DNA of 64,000 bases from Vulcanimicrobiota bacterium (GCA_963786105.1 CAWAXX010000024.1:1-64000); one strand, 5' to 3'. Numbered from the stretch's first letter, positions 42,286-53,524 are shown. Notes: generated by a model from the letters alone, not told the origin. Translations and numbers: made by a program.

Positions 42286-43656
42286 ATGACTTCCAGCTTT
42301 CGAATTGCCTTCGCGCTCTTCGCCTCCACGTTGATCTTCTCGGGATGCTCCGGCGCCGGAGGTCCGATTGCGGGGTCCGGATCTCAGGCTGCGGGGATCC
42401 CAGGCGACGCCGGCGTGCGTGCAAATCTCGGGAAAATTTCGCACATCGTCCTCGTCATCCAGGAGAACCGCAGCTTCGACAACTTGTTCGCGACCTTCCC
42501 CGGCGCCGACGGCGCGACGAAGGGTACGCTGCATAACGGTAAGGTTATTCCGCTTCAAAAGCACGCTCTCGCCTCATTGGACGTTTCCCACGACTGGGCG
42601 GCGTATAACACGGACTACAACGGCGGGACGATGAACGGCTTCGACTTATCGTTCTTCATTCACTCGAACCAGAAGGCCGGCACGTATCCCTATCGCTACG
42701 TCAATCCCGCGGAAATCCAGCCGTATTGGACGATGGCTCAGCAATACGCGCTGGCCGACAACACGTTTCAAACGCAAGGCAGCGGGAGTTTCACCGCGCA
42801 TCAGGACCTGATCGCCGGAACCACGGCCATCAATTCAAAACAAAGCCTCATCGATTCGCCGTTCGGATCGCCGTGGGGATGCGACGCGCCGAAAGGCACG
42901 AAGACCTCGCTGCTCACGACGAGCGGACAGTATTTGCGCGGCAAAGGGCCATTTCCGTGCTTGAACTATCCCTCCGGCACGATGCGCGATCTGCTCGATG
43001 CAAAAGGCGTGTCGTGGAAATTCTACACGCCGGAAGAGAAAGCAAACTCGCCGGGCGGCGAATGGAACGCGTTCGACCTCGTCAAGGCGGTGCGCTACAG
43101 CCCCGAGTGGACGGCCAACATTTCCACGCCCGAAACCAACATTTTCAACGACATTACGAACGGCAAGCTGGCGGCGCTCTCGTGGGTGATTCCCGATTCG
43201 ATAAATTCCGACCATCCGGCCGACAATCATCGCCCCGACACCGGTCCGTCGTGGGTCGCACAGGTGGTTAACGCGATCGGCACCAGCAAGTACTGGAACT
43301 CCACGGCAATCGTCGTGGTGTGGGACGACTGGGGCGGCTTCTACGATCACGTTCCGCCGCCGTTCTTCGACCATTCCGGCGGGCTGGGATTCCGCGTGCC
43401 GATGATCGTCGTTTCACCCTACGTTCCCGCCGGGACGATCGCCCACACGCAATACGAGTTCGGCAGCATCCTCAAGTTCGCGGAAGAAACGTTCAAGCTG
43501 GGTTCGCTCGGTACGACGGACGCACGCGCGACGTCAATCGGCGGAATCTTCAACTTTAGGCAATTGCCGCGTAAGTTCACGACGATCCCCGCGCAACGGT
43601 CGCGCGAATATTTCATGCACGAACGCCCATCCTACGAGCCGGTCGACACGCAATAA
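42286..43656 (+). CDS. Phosphoesterase lipoprotein, paralog 2
   Basis: Lipobox-like IFSGC; ENRSFD; SGSFTAH; SDH; WDDWGGFYDHV. Confidence 0.9.
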   Translation: MTSSFRIAFALFASTLIFSGCSGAGGPIAGSGSQAAGIPGDAGVRANLGKISHIVLVIQENRSFDNLFATFPGADGATKGTLHNGKVIPLQKHALASLDVSHDWAAYNTDYNGGTMNGFDLSFFIHSNQKAGTYPYRYVNPAEIQPYWTMAQQYALADNTFQTQGSGSFTAHQDLIAGTTAINSKQSLIDSPFGSPWGCDAPKGTKTSLLTTSGQYLRGKGPFPCLNYPSGTMRDLLDAKGVSWKFYTPEEKANSPGGEWNAFDLVKAVRYSPEWTANISTPETNIFNDITNGKLAALSWVIPDSINSDHPADNHRPDTGPSWVAQVVNAIGTSKYWNSTAIVVVWDDWGGFYDHVPPPFFDHSGGLGFRVPMIVVSPYVPAGTIAHTQYEFGSILKFAEETFKLGSLGTTDARATSIGGIFNFRQLPRKFTTIPAQRSREYFMHERPSYEPVDTQ

Positions 43657-43667
43657 CCACGGTCAGG

Positions 43668-43817
43668 TTATTTCTTTTCGCGCTCCATAATCACCGACCA
43701 AGTGTTGCCCGCGCAACACATCGTAACGACGCGCCAGCCGTCTTTGGCGAATCTGTTGATGTCTTCAACCGGAACCGGGTGGCCGGTGCTGGGTAGCTGG
43801 ATGTATTCGTATTTCAA
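43668..43817 (-). CDS. Small DUF4177-like protein, 49 aa (not in ORF track)
   Basis: GGAG SD, TTG start, MKYEYIQL..EDINRFAKDGWRVV..IMEREKK*. Confidence 0.65.
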   Translation of the reverse strand: MKYEYIQLPSTGHPVPVEDINRFAKDGWRVVTMCCAGNTWSVIMEREKK

Positions 43818-43851
43818 CGCAAAGCTCCAATATTATTAGATGAGTGAAAGT

Positions 43852-44874
43852 CTACTCCGTATTCCGCTTCTTGCTCGGGCGGTCACGCACACGCGAAAGC
43901 TCGTGACGAAGTTGCGAGAGTTCGGCATCCTTACCGGCGAGCTGCGCCGTGAGTTTGGAGACGTCTTCGGAAAACTGCGCCTCGAGGGCGATCGCGCGGC
44001 CGCGCGCACGGTCGAGTTCTCGTGCGGCGGCTTGCAGTTCGTTCTCGAGTTGCGTTTGGCGGCGCTGCGCTTCGAATTCGGTTTCGAACTGTACGACGTA
44101 TTCATCGTCGCGTTCCATAATCGGCATCTCTCGCGCCGCCTCCGCCTGCCGGGAACTTTCGCTTCCACCGTCATCGCCTATGAGCGCAGAGTTTTCGTGC
44201 GGCGTCGCGAGGATAAGGAACGTCGCGGTCTCGGCTTCTAAGTCGCCTTCGATCTCACGTACCGCGGAGTCCGAGAAGTCCGATCTCACCAAGCTCGGCA
44301 AATCGCCCGGCGCATCGAAGATCGGCGACAGCGCTCGGCGGACTTCCTTGACGACGTAGCCGGAGCGTTCGAACATCTCGGTCGCTTCGCCGGCCGACGC
44401 TACTCCCAAGTAAGGAGTGCTAAGAGAGCCTTGCATCAGCGCGAGGCGTATTGCGCCATGAGCCGTATGCGGAATGGTGGCAGCAACAAATCCATCGTGT
44501 TTTAGGAGTGGCGCGACGCCTGCAAGAAGGCTCGCCGGGTCCGGGGAGATCTCCAAAGCGCGGTCAAAGACGATGGTGTCAAAACTCAAGCGGCTCACGC
44601 TTTCGGGAACGCTCCACGAATTGGGATCCACAATTTCTACCAGCGAGCAATAGCTGGAAACGGCAGTAGAGTCAGCGCTGCCAAAAACGATCGCGACGAG
44701 TTCGCAGTCATCCGCTCGAAGTTGCTCCGCGAGTGACGGACTGGGCCGCCCCACGAGCAACACCGTTTTCGACCGGCCGATGGCATCGGCGAGCGCGCGA
44801 GCCGGATCCACGCTTGGCTTGCTGTGCTCGCGTTGCGATGGGGAGTTATCCCGCGGTCGAGCTTTTTTCGGCAT
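43852..44874 (-). CDS. Degenerate methyltransferase fold plus short coiled coil (paralog B)
   Basis: Shares FDTIVF..LE, TIP..AHGAIRLAL, E.D.EAET..F with paralog A; motif I reads VLLVGRPS. Confidence 0.75.
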   Translation of the reverse strand: MPKKARPRDNSPSQREHSKPSVDPARALADAIGRSKTVLLVGRPSPSLAEQLRADDCELVAIVFGSADSTAVSSYCSLVEIVDPNSWSVPESVSRLSFDTIVFDRALEISPDPASLLAGVAPLLKHDGFVAATIPHTAHGAIRLALMQGSLSTPYLGVASAGEATEMFERSGYVVKEVRRALSPIFDAPGDLPSLVRSDFSDSAVREIEGDLEAETATFLILATPHENSALIGDDGGSESSRQAEAAREMPIMERDDEYVVQFETEFEAQRRQTQLENELQAAARELDRARGRAIALEAQFSEDVSKLTAQLAGKDAELSQLRHELSRVRDRPSKKRNTE

Positions 44875-45940
44875 CGCCCTCACCCAACGCTACGGCCTCG
44901 ATTGGCCCCTCATCTTCAACCAATCCTCGTTCGTGCAGCCAGTTGTAGTACGAGCCGGCACCGGTGCGAAACGGATTCTCAAATCGCTCCTGAAGGGTCG
45001 AATCCGAGCGATATCGCAGCCGATGCGACTTTTCTATCGGTGCACCGTTATCGTAAACACTGTACGTCCAGTAGCCGTGAGGGATCGTCGTCTCGGTCGT
45101 CTGTTCCACCTGACGGCGGTACCAGTTCCAAAGCTCGTACACCGGGAAGTTGTCTCCCGCGTAGCGCTTCGTCATGATGTCGGCGATGCGGCCAAGCTTG
45201 GTGAAATGCCAAAATCGCAGCGGCGAGCCGTTTACCGTTGCGCCCTGAGGCCCGATTGCGATTTCTCGATCTACCAAGTTCCAGCTGGCCACGTTATAAC
45301 CGGGATCGCGAAGTATTTTCACCCGATCGAAGAGGGCGGGTGCGAGATCGCACCAGCGTTGATCGACGAAGAGTCCATTGGGTATGTCGTCGTAGCCGTA
45401 CGTTAGAAGGCGGTCCGCCCACCAATCGGCGAACCTGCGGCCCTCGCCCGAGGTTCTAATCGCACAGAATCCGAGGTTGTACGTTCCAGTTTTTAACGAA
45501 CAGATTTCGTTATCGATAATAGCCTGCGGATCGACCGTCGGCGTCACCGTGTGTGGCGTTAACACGACGTCGTACGTCTCAAGCAGCTCTTCAACCGGCG
45601 TTAGCGGTGCGAAGAGGCACGTGTCCGGGTCCAAATACACCACCGCATCCGCCCCGCTCGAGCAAGCCATTTGGACGAACGGACCTTTGACGGCCGTACA
45701 CGCTTCTATGACGTCGCGCTTAAATATCCACGATCGAAAGTGTTTGATCCCAAGACGATCGGCGTATTGGACGGAGTCAAATGGTTCTCTCTCGACGTTG
45801 AAGTCGAGAGACGGCGGCGGCTCGTCGGTAATGAGCGCAACGAGCTCCCACTCGGGATGATACTTGCGAAGCGACGCAAATAGAACGCGCGCCCGGTTCA
45901 GATACCCAAACGAAAAGCTGCTGAAGCAAAGAACCTTCAT
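44846..45940 (-). CDS. Putative GT-A glycosyltransferase
   Basis: EACTAVKG, VVYLDPD, LTPH, YNLGF, FVDQRW.DL, PGYNVASWNL. Confidence 0.75.
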   Translation of the reverse strand: MKVLCFSSFSFGYLNRARVLFASLRKYHPEWELVALITDEPPPSLDFNVEREPFDSVQYADRLGIKHFRSWIFKRDVIEACTAVKGPFVQMACSSGADAVVYLDPDTCLFAPLTPVEELLETYDVVLTPHTVTPTVDPQAIIDNEICSLKTGTYNLGFCAIRTSGEGRRFADWWADRLLTYGYDDIPNGLFVDQRWCDLAPALFDRVKILRDPGYNVASWNLVDREIAIGPQGATVNGSPLRFWHFTKLGRIADIMTKRYAGDNFPVYELWNWYRRQVEQTTETTIPHGYWTYSVYDNGAPIEKSHRLRYRSDSTLQERFENPFRTGAGSYYNWLHERGLVEDEGPIEAVALGEGDAEKSSTAG

Positions 45941-47901
45941 TCCCGATCGCCTATGAGATCGGCGGTCATCGTGCTCAGTTCGAGGCTGAAGTGTTCGACC
46001 CGCCGTTTCGACCGGGCGAGCGACTCTGCGACGCCCGACTCAAACAGTTCCCAAAGGGCGCCTTCGTCGGCTAGAACGACGCCCTTACCCGTCTCGCGTA
46101 CCATGTGAGCAACGTTTCCACTGCCGGCCGGCGCGACGACCACCGCTCCGCCGGCCACCGCTTCGTAGGCGGTGAAGCAAAACGTCTCGGGCCACAGCGA
46201 CCAAATAATCACGACATCGATTTGAAGTTCTTCGATTTTCTTCGTCATCGCTGCGGGATCGCCGGCATTGACGCGTACCTCCGCAAACCGCAGCGGAAGA
46301 CGGGGTTGTTCGTGCATCCCGAGATGAAAGAACTCAAACCGCCGGTCTCCGGCGTATCGCAGGATAAGATCGCGAAACACCGGCCAGCCCTTGTGGACGG
46401 CCGGCTGACCGAGGAAGGCGACCCGTAACGGCCTCGCGGCGGCGGTTTCACCCTGTTGCCGCGGCGGTCTGGGGATGAGGCGACAGTGGGGGTGAACGCG
46501 TTCGCCGCCGCGAGCGTCGAGCGCCGTTCCGTTTTTCCACGTGGTGAGCGCGGTCTGGGACGGTGCGAGAACGGTGAGGTCAAAGTTGCGGAAGAAAAGC
46601 TCGTGGTCTGCTAATTGTAGCCGGCGGCGTTCGCCGTAAATGCACACTTGACACGCCGTGCTATCGGGCGGCGGGGCACCGCAGAACTCTACGTCGTTGC
46701 GCAGAAGTTGAAGGCCCGAGGAAATGCTCGAGTAATCGTGCAGCCAAAAATAACCGTCCTGTATGCGGAGCGATTTTAGGATCGCCGTGAGGGACTTCAC
46801 GTTGTGACCCAGCAGACTATGGATCGCAAACCCCCGTTGCGGCCACTCGACGGTCGTATCGAACGTCGAGCGCAGAACCTCGGCTACGGTGCTCGCCCGA
46901 AAATGACCGGCCGATTCACCATTAATCAGTATGCCGGTTGCCGGATCCTCGTCGTCATGATCGGTGACTAAAAACATCCGCCCGGGAAAGAAATGGAGGT
47001 GGTCGAAACCACGCTCGGCAAACGCGTCCGCTTCCCGTTGCAAGCATAACTGCACGCCGCCCACGTTCTCGGTAAAATTGTCGTGGCTTACGGAAACGTA
47101 CAGGCTCTGTCGTTTCGATCGCGAGAGTGACGATAGCGCGTGCACCAATTGAATCCTTGACCCAAGGCGCCAACTCGGAATCTGCAGCCCGGCTGCCATT
47201 CGTTTATCGAGAGGCAGCTGATTGAGCAGCACGTAGTAGCGAAAACCTAGCGACGCCTTTGGGGAACGACCCTCGCCGCGTCCCGCAGCCACGTAATGGT
47301 AAAATGGATTGACCCCGGCGCTCGCGACGTCGGCGTTTTCCTCCAAATAATCCGACGTGGAAAAGAATGCATTTGGATCGCGGCGCTCGCGCCAGCCGAA
47401 TTCGACGAAGTGCGAAAGCGGGTCAAATCTTGATTGCGCAACGTCAGGATTGACCGCTAAATAATAGTCTCGGTCGAATTCATTTCGAATGACCGACTTC
47501 TCGTACTCAAGCGATTCATCTTGAGTCGTTACTTCTTGGGTCGCTACTTCCTGAGTCGTTCCCTCATTTACGGTCTCTTCCGGCGCCGAGACGGCATGCC
47601 GTATGAGATACGCCTCAGCGTGGCGAGAGGGCTTGCAGACTCGTCCTTCGGCAACTCCAAACTCCAGAAAATGGAACAGCGGCACGAAATCCGCCTCGAG
47701 GACATCGGGGTTTTCCGCGAGATACGATTCGGTAGAAAACCAAGGGTTCGGGTCGTAGCCTTGTCGCCATCCGAGGGTTGCGTAGTGCGATGCCGGCGTG
47801 AAGCCCGGCGGTACCTCTCCGTAGGAATGCACGTAAAAGGCGTCGTCAACCGCCGACGCTAGAGCCTCGTCTAGAGACGCTCGCATGGCAACCCGGTCCA
47901 T
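45937..47901 (-). CDS. GT4-like glycosyltransferase with four N-terminal YL..NPDV..P..H(F/Y)...G..EGR repeats
   Basis: Repeats in first ~215 aa; GGVQ, WLHDY, HKGW, WSLWPETF..TAYEA. Confidence 0.75.
   Translation of the reverse strand: MDRVAMRASLDEALASAVDDAFYVHSYGEVPPGFTPASHYATLGWRQGYDPNPWFSTESYLAENPDVLEADFVPLFHFLEFGVAEGRVCKPSRHAEAYLIRHAVSAPEETVNEGTTQEVATQEVTTQDESLEYEKSVIRNEFDRDYYLAVNPDVAQSRFDPLSHFVEFGWRERRDPNAFFSTSDYLEENADVASAGVNPFYHYVAAGRGEGRSPKASLGFRYYVLLNQLPLDKRMAAGLQIPSWRLGSRIQLVHALSSLSRSKRQSLYVSVSHDNFTENVGGVQLCLQREADAFAERGFDHLHFFPGRMFLVTDHDDEDPATGILINGESAGHFRASTVAEVLRSTFDTTVEWPQRGFAIHSLLGHNVKSLTAILKSLRIQDGYFWLHDYSSISSGLQLLRNDVEFCGAPPPDSTACQVCIYGERRRLQLADHELFFRNFDLTVLAPSQTALTTWKNGTALDARGGERVHPHCRLIPRPPRQQGETAAARPLRVAFLGQPAVHKGWPVFRDLILRYAGDRRFEFFHLGMHEQPRLPLRFAEVRVNAGDPAAMTKKIEELQIDVVIIWSLWPETFCFTAYEAVAGGAVVVAPAGSGNVAHMVRETGKGVVLADEGALWELFESGVAESLARSKRRVEHFSLELSTMTADLIGDRE
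47521..47565. repeat. Three imperfect 15-bp tandem repeats in an interdomain linker
   Basis: TTGAGTCGTTACTTC / TTGGGTCGCTACTTC / CTGAGTCGTTCCCTC, encoding EGTTQ-EVATQ-EVTTQ. Confidence 0.75.
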
Positions 47902-47971
47902 GGACTAGTATTTAGGTTGCAATGCGCGTTGCCCTGCCCAGCGCCAGGCCTGGCGGGGTGCTTGGTGGCGC

Positions 47972-48823
47972 CTACTTTGCTTTGGCCACAATCAACATAT
48001 AGTCGCTTTCCACCTCGCCGCTGTCGACGAGTGCGTCCTCGATCGCGAATAGCATCTCCAGTACGGCAACGGCGGCGCCATCCTCCGAATGAAAGTTTCC
48101 AGCAATGTCTCGCAGCACGAACTGAAGAAGCGTTCCACCGATCGCGCGACACTGCGTGAGCCTCAGGTGTTCGCGAAGAACGCGAAGGACTCTGGAAGAC
48201 GCAATAGGCACGCCTACGCCTTCGGGAACGCCTTGTGGGGCCGGTAACGCGACCTCTCCTAGAACGCTGTCGGGGGCATTCTTCAGGTGGCGATAGCGGC
48301 GCGGGATAAGCGAGAACGCAGCCTGTACGGCGGCCCGCTGCGCCGGGCCGATCGCGAGCCTATCTGCACCGACGTACTCATAAGCAAACAGAAAGCCGTC
48401 GGGTTGGAGCGACTGCGCGATCTGAACGACCAGCCGCTCGAGATTGGCGACGCGGCAAAGCGTGACGTCGCACCACACGACGTCGTACATCGATGATGGA
48501 AGTCGGGCTCTATTGAGATCCTCGTCGAAATATCGAACGCGGGCGTGGGGTTTTTTCCGGTCGGCTTTGCTGGGCGAATCCCGCGATTGCACTCGAGTAC
48601 CGACTACGTCGCAGCGTTGGAAGACATTGCGACGAGCGAGCTCCGCTTCCAACCACTCCGACTCGCGCCCAAGAACGAGCATTCGCGCCGGCCCTAATAA
48701 GCGGCGTGGAAGCAGCGACAAACAATACATATGCCAGCCCATATCGCTCTTGCCGCTGGAACGCTCGTTAATTCGGACTTGAACCTCTGGGAGTGCAGTC
48801 CAACCTACGGAGTCGTCGCTCAC
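47972..48823 (-). CDS. Class I methyltransferase-fold protein with eroded motif I
   Basis: DLNRARLP..YDVV, SLQPDG.L..YEYVG, GGTLLQ; motif I reads MLVLGRES. Confidence 0.65.
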   Translation of the reverse strand: MSDDSVGWTALPEVQVRINERSSGKSDMGWHMYCLSLLPRRLLGPARMLVLGRESEWLEAELARRNVFQRCDVVGTRVQSRDSPSKADRKKPHARVRYFDEDLNRARLPSSMYDVVWCDVTLCRVANLERLVVQIAQSLQPDGFLFAYEYVGADRLAIGPAQRAAVQAAFSLIPRRYRHLKNAPDSVLGEVALPAPQGVPEGVGVPIASSRVLRVLREHLRLTQCRAIGGTLLQFVLRDIAGNFHSEDGAAVAVLEMLFAIEDALVDSGEVESDYMLIVAKAK

Positions 48824-48880
48824 TCACTGGAGGGTTCCCCGCGGCTCGGAAGAACCCCGCATCGCCAGGATCGTAGCTAC

Positions 48881-49577
48881 ATGCCAGTGTCAAGATCGCT
48901 TTCTTTTGTTTTTATCCACGTGCGCAAGACCGGTGGAACTTCCATCATGCGAGTACTGGAGTCCGCCGATCCGCAAATCTACTTGAACGAAAAGGGAATT
49001 TGGGACATGCTGTGCGCGCATCCCGAACGTCGCCGGTTGCTCGAAAAGCTCCGGAGTTTCTATTTGATCGGCGCAGTGGACAACTATCCGCAATGGCATT
49101 TACCGGCCGTCATCGTGCGCAAACTCATCGGTCAACGTGAATGGAAGCGTCTATTTACTTTCGCTTTTGTGAGGAATCCATGGGACCTCGTCGTTTCGGC
49201 GTATCACTTTGAGAAGCAGTATCTCGCGCAAGCGCACGTACGCCGGGCGGAGCCGGATCGAGCCGAAGCAATTCGACGCTGCCAAGACTTCGATCGCTTC
49301 GTAAGGCTCTACCCCCTCCTCGAGCCCGCCGATCAGACATCGATGATCGTCGACGAGAACAATCAAAGCATCGTGAAGTACGTCGGGAGGTTCGAGAATC
49401 TGAATGCCGATTTTGCAACCATTTGCGACCGCATAGGTCTGACTCGTGTCGAGCTTCCGCACGAAAACCGAAGCGAGGATCGGCGCGAGTATCGTACGTA
49501 CTACTCCGACGAGACGCGCGCGAATCGTGGCGCGATACTTTTCCCGCGACATCGAGCGGTTCGGATACGAGTTCTAA
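48881..49577 (+). CDS. Sulfotransferase family 2 protein (frameshift near 49522)
   Basis: FIHVRKTGGTS (5'-PSB loop), FVRNPWDLVVSAY (3'-PB), VGRFENL, shifted tail DIERFGYEF*. Confidence 0.88.
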
Positions 49578-49593
49578 AGTTTAGTGCGTGTGC

Positions 49594-50495
49594 CTATCGA
49601 GGTTGAGCTAAATGCGTGATTGCTATGCTGACGGGTTCGTTTAGCCTCTCAATGGTCGGCGCCGATCGCGCCCCTTCTTTCATGTACGTCTTCAGATTTC
49701 CGCCGCTGTAGCTTCCGATGAAGATCTCGTCATCGACCGCCACACCGTATGGATTATTTAGCTTTCTGATTGTGGGATTGGATCCGCGATCCGTATTTGT
49801 CGTAGGTTGTCATCGTGCTGTTGCCGGAGTTGGCAACGTAGATATTGCCGTCTTTGTCAATGGCGATGTTGCGTGGCGTGCTCAGGCCGTCATGCAGCGT
49901 TAGCGCAGCCCGAGTGCCATTCGGCTTGTAAGTCGTTACCGTGCTATTCCCGCTGTTTACAACGTAAATGTTCCCTAGCTTGTCGACCGCGATACCGTGG
50001 GGCTCGTCCAGCCCTTCAATCGTGGGGGTAGTTCGCGTTCCGTCTGGTTTGTACGTCGTCACGGTGTTGTTGCCGAAGTTGGCTAACGTAAATTTTTCCG
50101 CTTGCATCCACTGCCAGGCCGTACGGTTGGTTTACGCCTGACGTGATCGTGGGCGTAGTCGGTGTCCGTTTGATAAGTACGTCGTTATGGTGCTGTTGCC
50201 GGCATTTCCGACGTAAATCTTTCCCTTCGCATCAACCGCCAGGCCGACCGGATCGTGCACCGCTTTAATGGTTGGCGAAGTCTGCGTTCCGTCCATGAGA
50301 AAAGTCGTTACTTCGTTACTGCCATGGTTAGCCACGTAAATATGCTGTATGGGATCGATCTGTGATTGGGCGATCGCCGGCGCGAACTCGTTGATCCGCT
50401 GTAGCGCTTTGCCGCGCGGCGACGCCGTTACCGGAAAAAAGCAGTCCGGATACTAGCATCAGCAAGATGAATCCGGAGCGATTTCTCAACGCCAT
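49594..50495 (-). CDS. Secreted NHL-repeat beta-propeller protein, frameshifted
   Basis: Repeats IYVAN.GNSTVTTY..G....TI..L..P.GIAVD; hydrophobic N-terminus. Confidence 0.75.
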
Positions 50496-50496
50496 T

Positions 50497-51206
50497 TTAT
50501 TCATCGTCAGGTGGTTTTAGCGAAGGGCTCTGATGGAGAAAATACGAGGGTGGATACTTTGCCGGTATGGTGCTAAATGGGTGAGGCGGCTTAGTGAAGT
50601 CGAAGCTATCATCTAGGCTATTCGCTCGTGCGTCAGTGTAACCAAGGGACTTTAGTCCAAATGCCTGCTCTGCAAATCTTAGAACACTACCAAACTCATA
50701 CTGCGTGTGCGAGACGTAGCCTTGCCTGGCATAAGGCGATATTACGATGCAGGGTACTCGCTCACCTAGGCCCAGAAAGTCCAGCTGTGGCGGCGGGACG
50801 TCGTCGTACCATCCGCCCCAGTCGTCCCAGAGAACGATGATTGCCGTAGAGTCCCAATATTTGCTGGTGCCGATAGTGTTAACGATGGCGGCAACCCAGG
50901 AGGGCCCGGTGTCAGAACCGCTACCGGCATGGTCGGAGTTCGTATCGTCTGGTATGACCCAGGAAACGCTCGGCAGCTTTCCGTCTGGTATGTCGGTCAG
51001 AATCGTTGTCTCAGGCGAGATGACGTTTCTCTGACCAATCGGGACCAAATTACACGTTTTTGATTGCGCCGAAAGCAGACCAGAGATTGCCGCCTCCACC
51101 CTGCGTAACCGTAGGCGCGTAGTATTTCCAGGCAACTTTCCTTGCGTCCAGAGTATCTGCCATCGTGCGAAACTGCGACGGTGTAAGACAAGGGGGTAGC
51201 CCGCCC
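50497..51206 (-). pseudogene. Phosphoesterase paralog 3, 5' half missing, internal stop and frameshift
   Basis: Begins mid-protein at [28 protein letters not shown]; ends PPDDE. Confidence 0.8.
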
Positions 51207-51240
51207 TTACCCGCCTATGGGGGCTAGCGAAAGAGATAAA

Positions 51241-51266
51241 GAAGACCCGGCAACTGCCGGGTCTTC
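51241..51266 (-). terminator. Intrinsic terminator
   Basis: GAAGACCCGGC-AGTT-GCCGGGTCTTC then TTTATCTCTTT on the minus strand, downstream of the lipoprotein gene. Confidence 0.8.
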
Positions 51267-51303
51267 GTATCGCGTCTCTCGGCTAAAACACGTGTGCCAG
51301 CTA

Positions 51304-51884
51304 CTAGCTTCCCGATGGCGACAGGACAACGATCCCAATCTGGTACGGTTGGCCGGGCGACTGTTGATCGCAATAGCCCGGCCCGAAGGGCGAGTTTTGG
51401 GAGCAAACACTTAGGTTGAGGTAGTAGGCAGCGGTCCCGCCGGAGGGCGGTACACTTGACGAGACTGACACGCTGTTAGTGCTCGGGTTGCCGGGGTTGG
51501 GGTTCCAACCAAGGTTCACAACTTGGCTGTAGGGCTTGCCGTTCGACGTAGTTCTTAGCGTAGGTGGGGCATGTGCCAGTGCCAGCGCCCAGGTATTATG
51601 TTGCCACTACCGTCCAACTCGGCCCATTCTTGCGAAAACGACGTCCCGGGGAACATGTAGTAACAATAAAAGTAGGAACTCGACGGGGGACAGGCGCCGT
51701 CGTAGTCGCCATCATTTTGTTGAAGGCCGACGGGCACGAGGTGACCCTGGTGCGTGCGATGACCCATTGGTGCCGACGCCGGCGAGATCGCCGGGACGGT
51801 CTGGGTCCCGTTCCCGGTGGAACAGGCGGAAAGCACGAGGCTGGCCGCGAGCGCGCCACCCGCATAAATAGCCGAAAAACGCAT
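51304..51884 (-). CDS. Hypothetical lipoprotein (frameshift near 51560)
   Basis: TAAGGAG SD, lipobox VLSAC, Cys pairs; continues in ORF 51304-51519. Confidence 0.7.
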
Positions 51885-52128
51885 AAACTGACTCCTTAAA
51901 GCGCAAGTGGAAAACAAGCCGCCCTCCAAATGGAAAGCGCCGCACCTCGGGGCCGTCGTTAGCTAACCGTCGCACCCTCTCCTCCTCTAGCCCCGATCGC
52001 GCACTCGAGCCCGAGCTGGCAGGCTGACTTCGGTCGTCTCCGAAAGCCGAGCATAGCAGCGCGACAGGTAGGAGACCTCTCGCGCGATTTTACGCCACGG
52101 GTGACTGCACGCGGCGAGAGTAATCCAG

Positions 52129-53479
52129 CTATTGGTCGTCCGGGGGAACCAAAGAGGCCCGTTTATGGAGGAAGAATGGCGGCGGGTACTTGGCTGGAAT
52201 GTGTTTGAACTCCCGGGGCTGCTGGCTGAAGTCGAAACTATCGTTCAACGGATTAGCTCGATCGTCGCTGTGCCCAAGCGAGGGAAGATTGAAAACTTCC
52301 TCCATGAACTTCAGAGTACTGGCGGACTCGTACTGTGTGTGCGAAACATAGCCTGATTTCGCGTACGGCGAAATAATGATGCATGGCACTCTTATTGCCA
52401 GGCCCTCGAAATCTAATTGCGGGGGCGGCACATCGTCATACCAGCCGCCCCAATCGTCCCACAGGACCACGATCGCCGTGGATTTCCAGTATTGGCTCTT
52501 ACCAATGGCGTTGACGACGGCAGCTACCCATGATGGCCCGGTATCGCTCTTGTTATTTGGATGGTCTGAATCTTTCCAATCTGGCATTACCCAGGAAACC
52601 GAAGCAAGATTCCCCTTCGCAGCGTCGTCGAGCACCGTCGTTTGCGGATAAATGACATTGCGTGACCAGTCCGGTCCGTATCTAACATCATTGATCGCAT
52701 CGAACTCTGACCATATTAACCCAGGGTCGCATCGCTTTGGACATCCGAGGACCTGTGGGGCGTAGTACTTCCAGGAAACCCCGGCGGCGTCGAGCGTATC
52801 CGCCATGGTCGTGAATTGCGTAAAACACGGGAAGGGTCCATCTGGACTAAATTTACGGTGTGAATCCACTGTTTTGGTCTTGGTGCCGCTAGGCGCATCG
52901 CACCCCCAAGGTGTGGCGGAAGGGTTGTCGGCCTCGGCAAGCGTCGGGCTAAGTTTATCAGTGCCGGCGATCAGATTCAGATGTGCTGAAAAACTGCCGC
53001 CGAACTCCGTAGGAAACATGTGATCGGCAAGAACGTATTGGCGTGCCATGATCCAGTAAGGCGCAACGTCTTTCCTGTCCAAATACGAATACGCGTATGT
53101 TGGAGCGGACGGACTACCTAGATCAAAGCCGTCCATCTTTCCATTGTCGTAGTCGATCAGAGCCGGTTTGTAGCCGTGTTGTAAATCGCCACCGCCGAAC
53201 GTTATGCTTTTAAGACGGACGCGTGTGCCGTCATGAGTGTATCCGTATGTTGGAGCATCTGCTCCATTGAAGCCAGCGAAAATATTGTCGAAACTTCGAT
53301 TTTCCTGAACGATGATGACAATGTGCTTGAGTTTGCTCCTAGGGCCGGCTGGAGTTCCGTTGGTCAGCCTCCGTGCGCGCGGGTAACATGCGGGCTCAAC
53401 GCTGAACCAAGAGACGAGCACCCTTCGGGCGCAATAATGAGAGTAAAGCAAACTGCGATCGCAAGAATCTGGGAACCAT
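52129..53479 (-). CDS. Phosphoesterase paralog 4 (frameshifts in signal region)
   Basis: [34 protein letters not shown], ends PPDDQ. Confidence 0.88.
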
Positions 53480-53524
53480 CTTCAACACCTCCGCGTGCAC
53501 GCTGCAAAGATCTAAGAGAGCTTC

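Noticed and set aside
51890..52125. Possible riboswitch or ncRNA in the long lipoprotein leader
   Set aside because: No match to any RNA family I can recognise by eye; an Rfam/Infernal search would be needed
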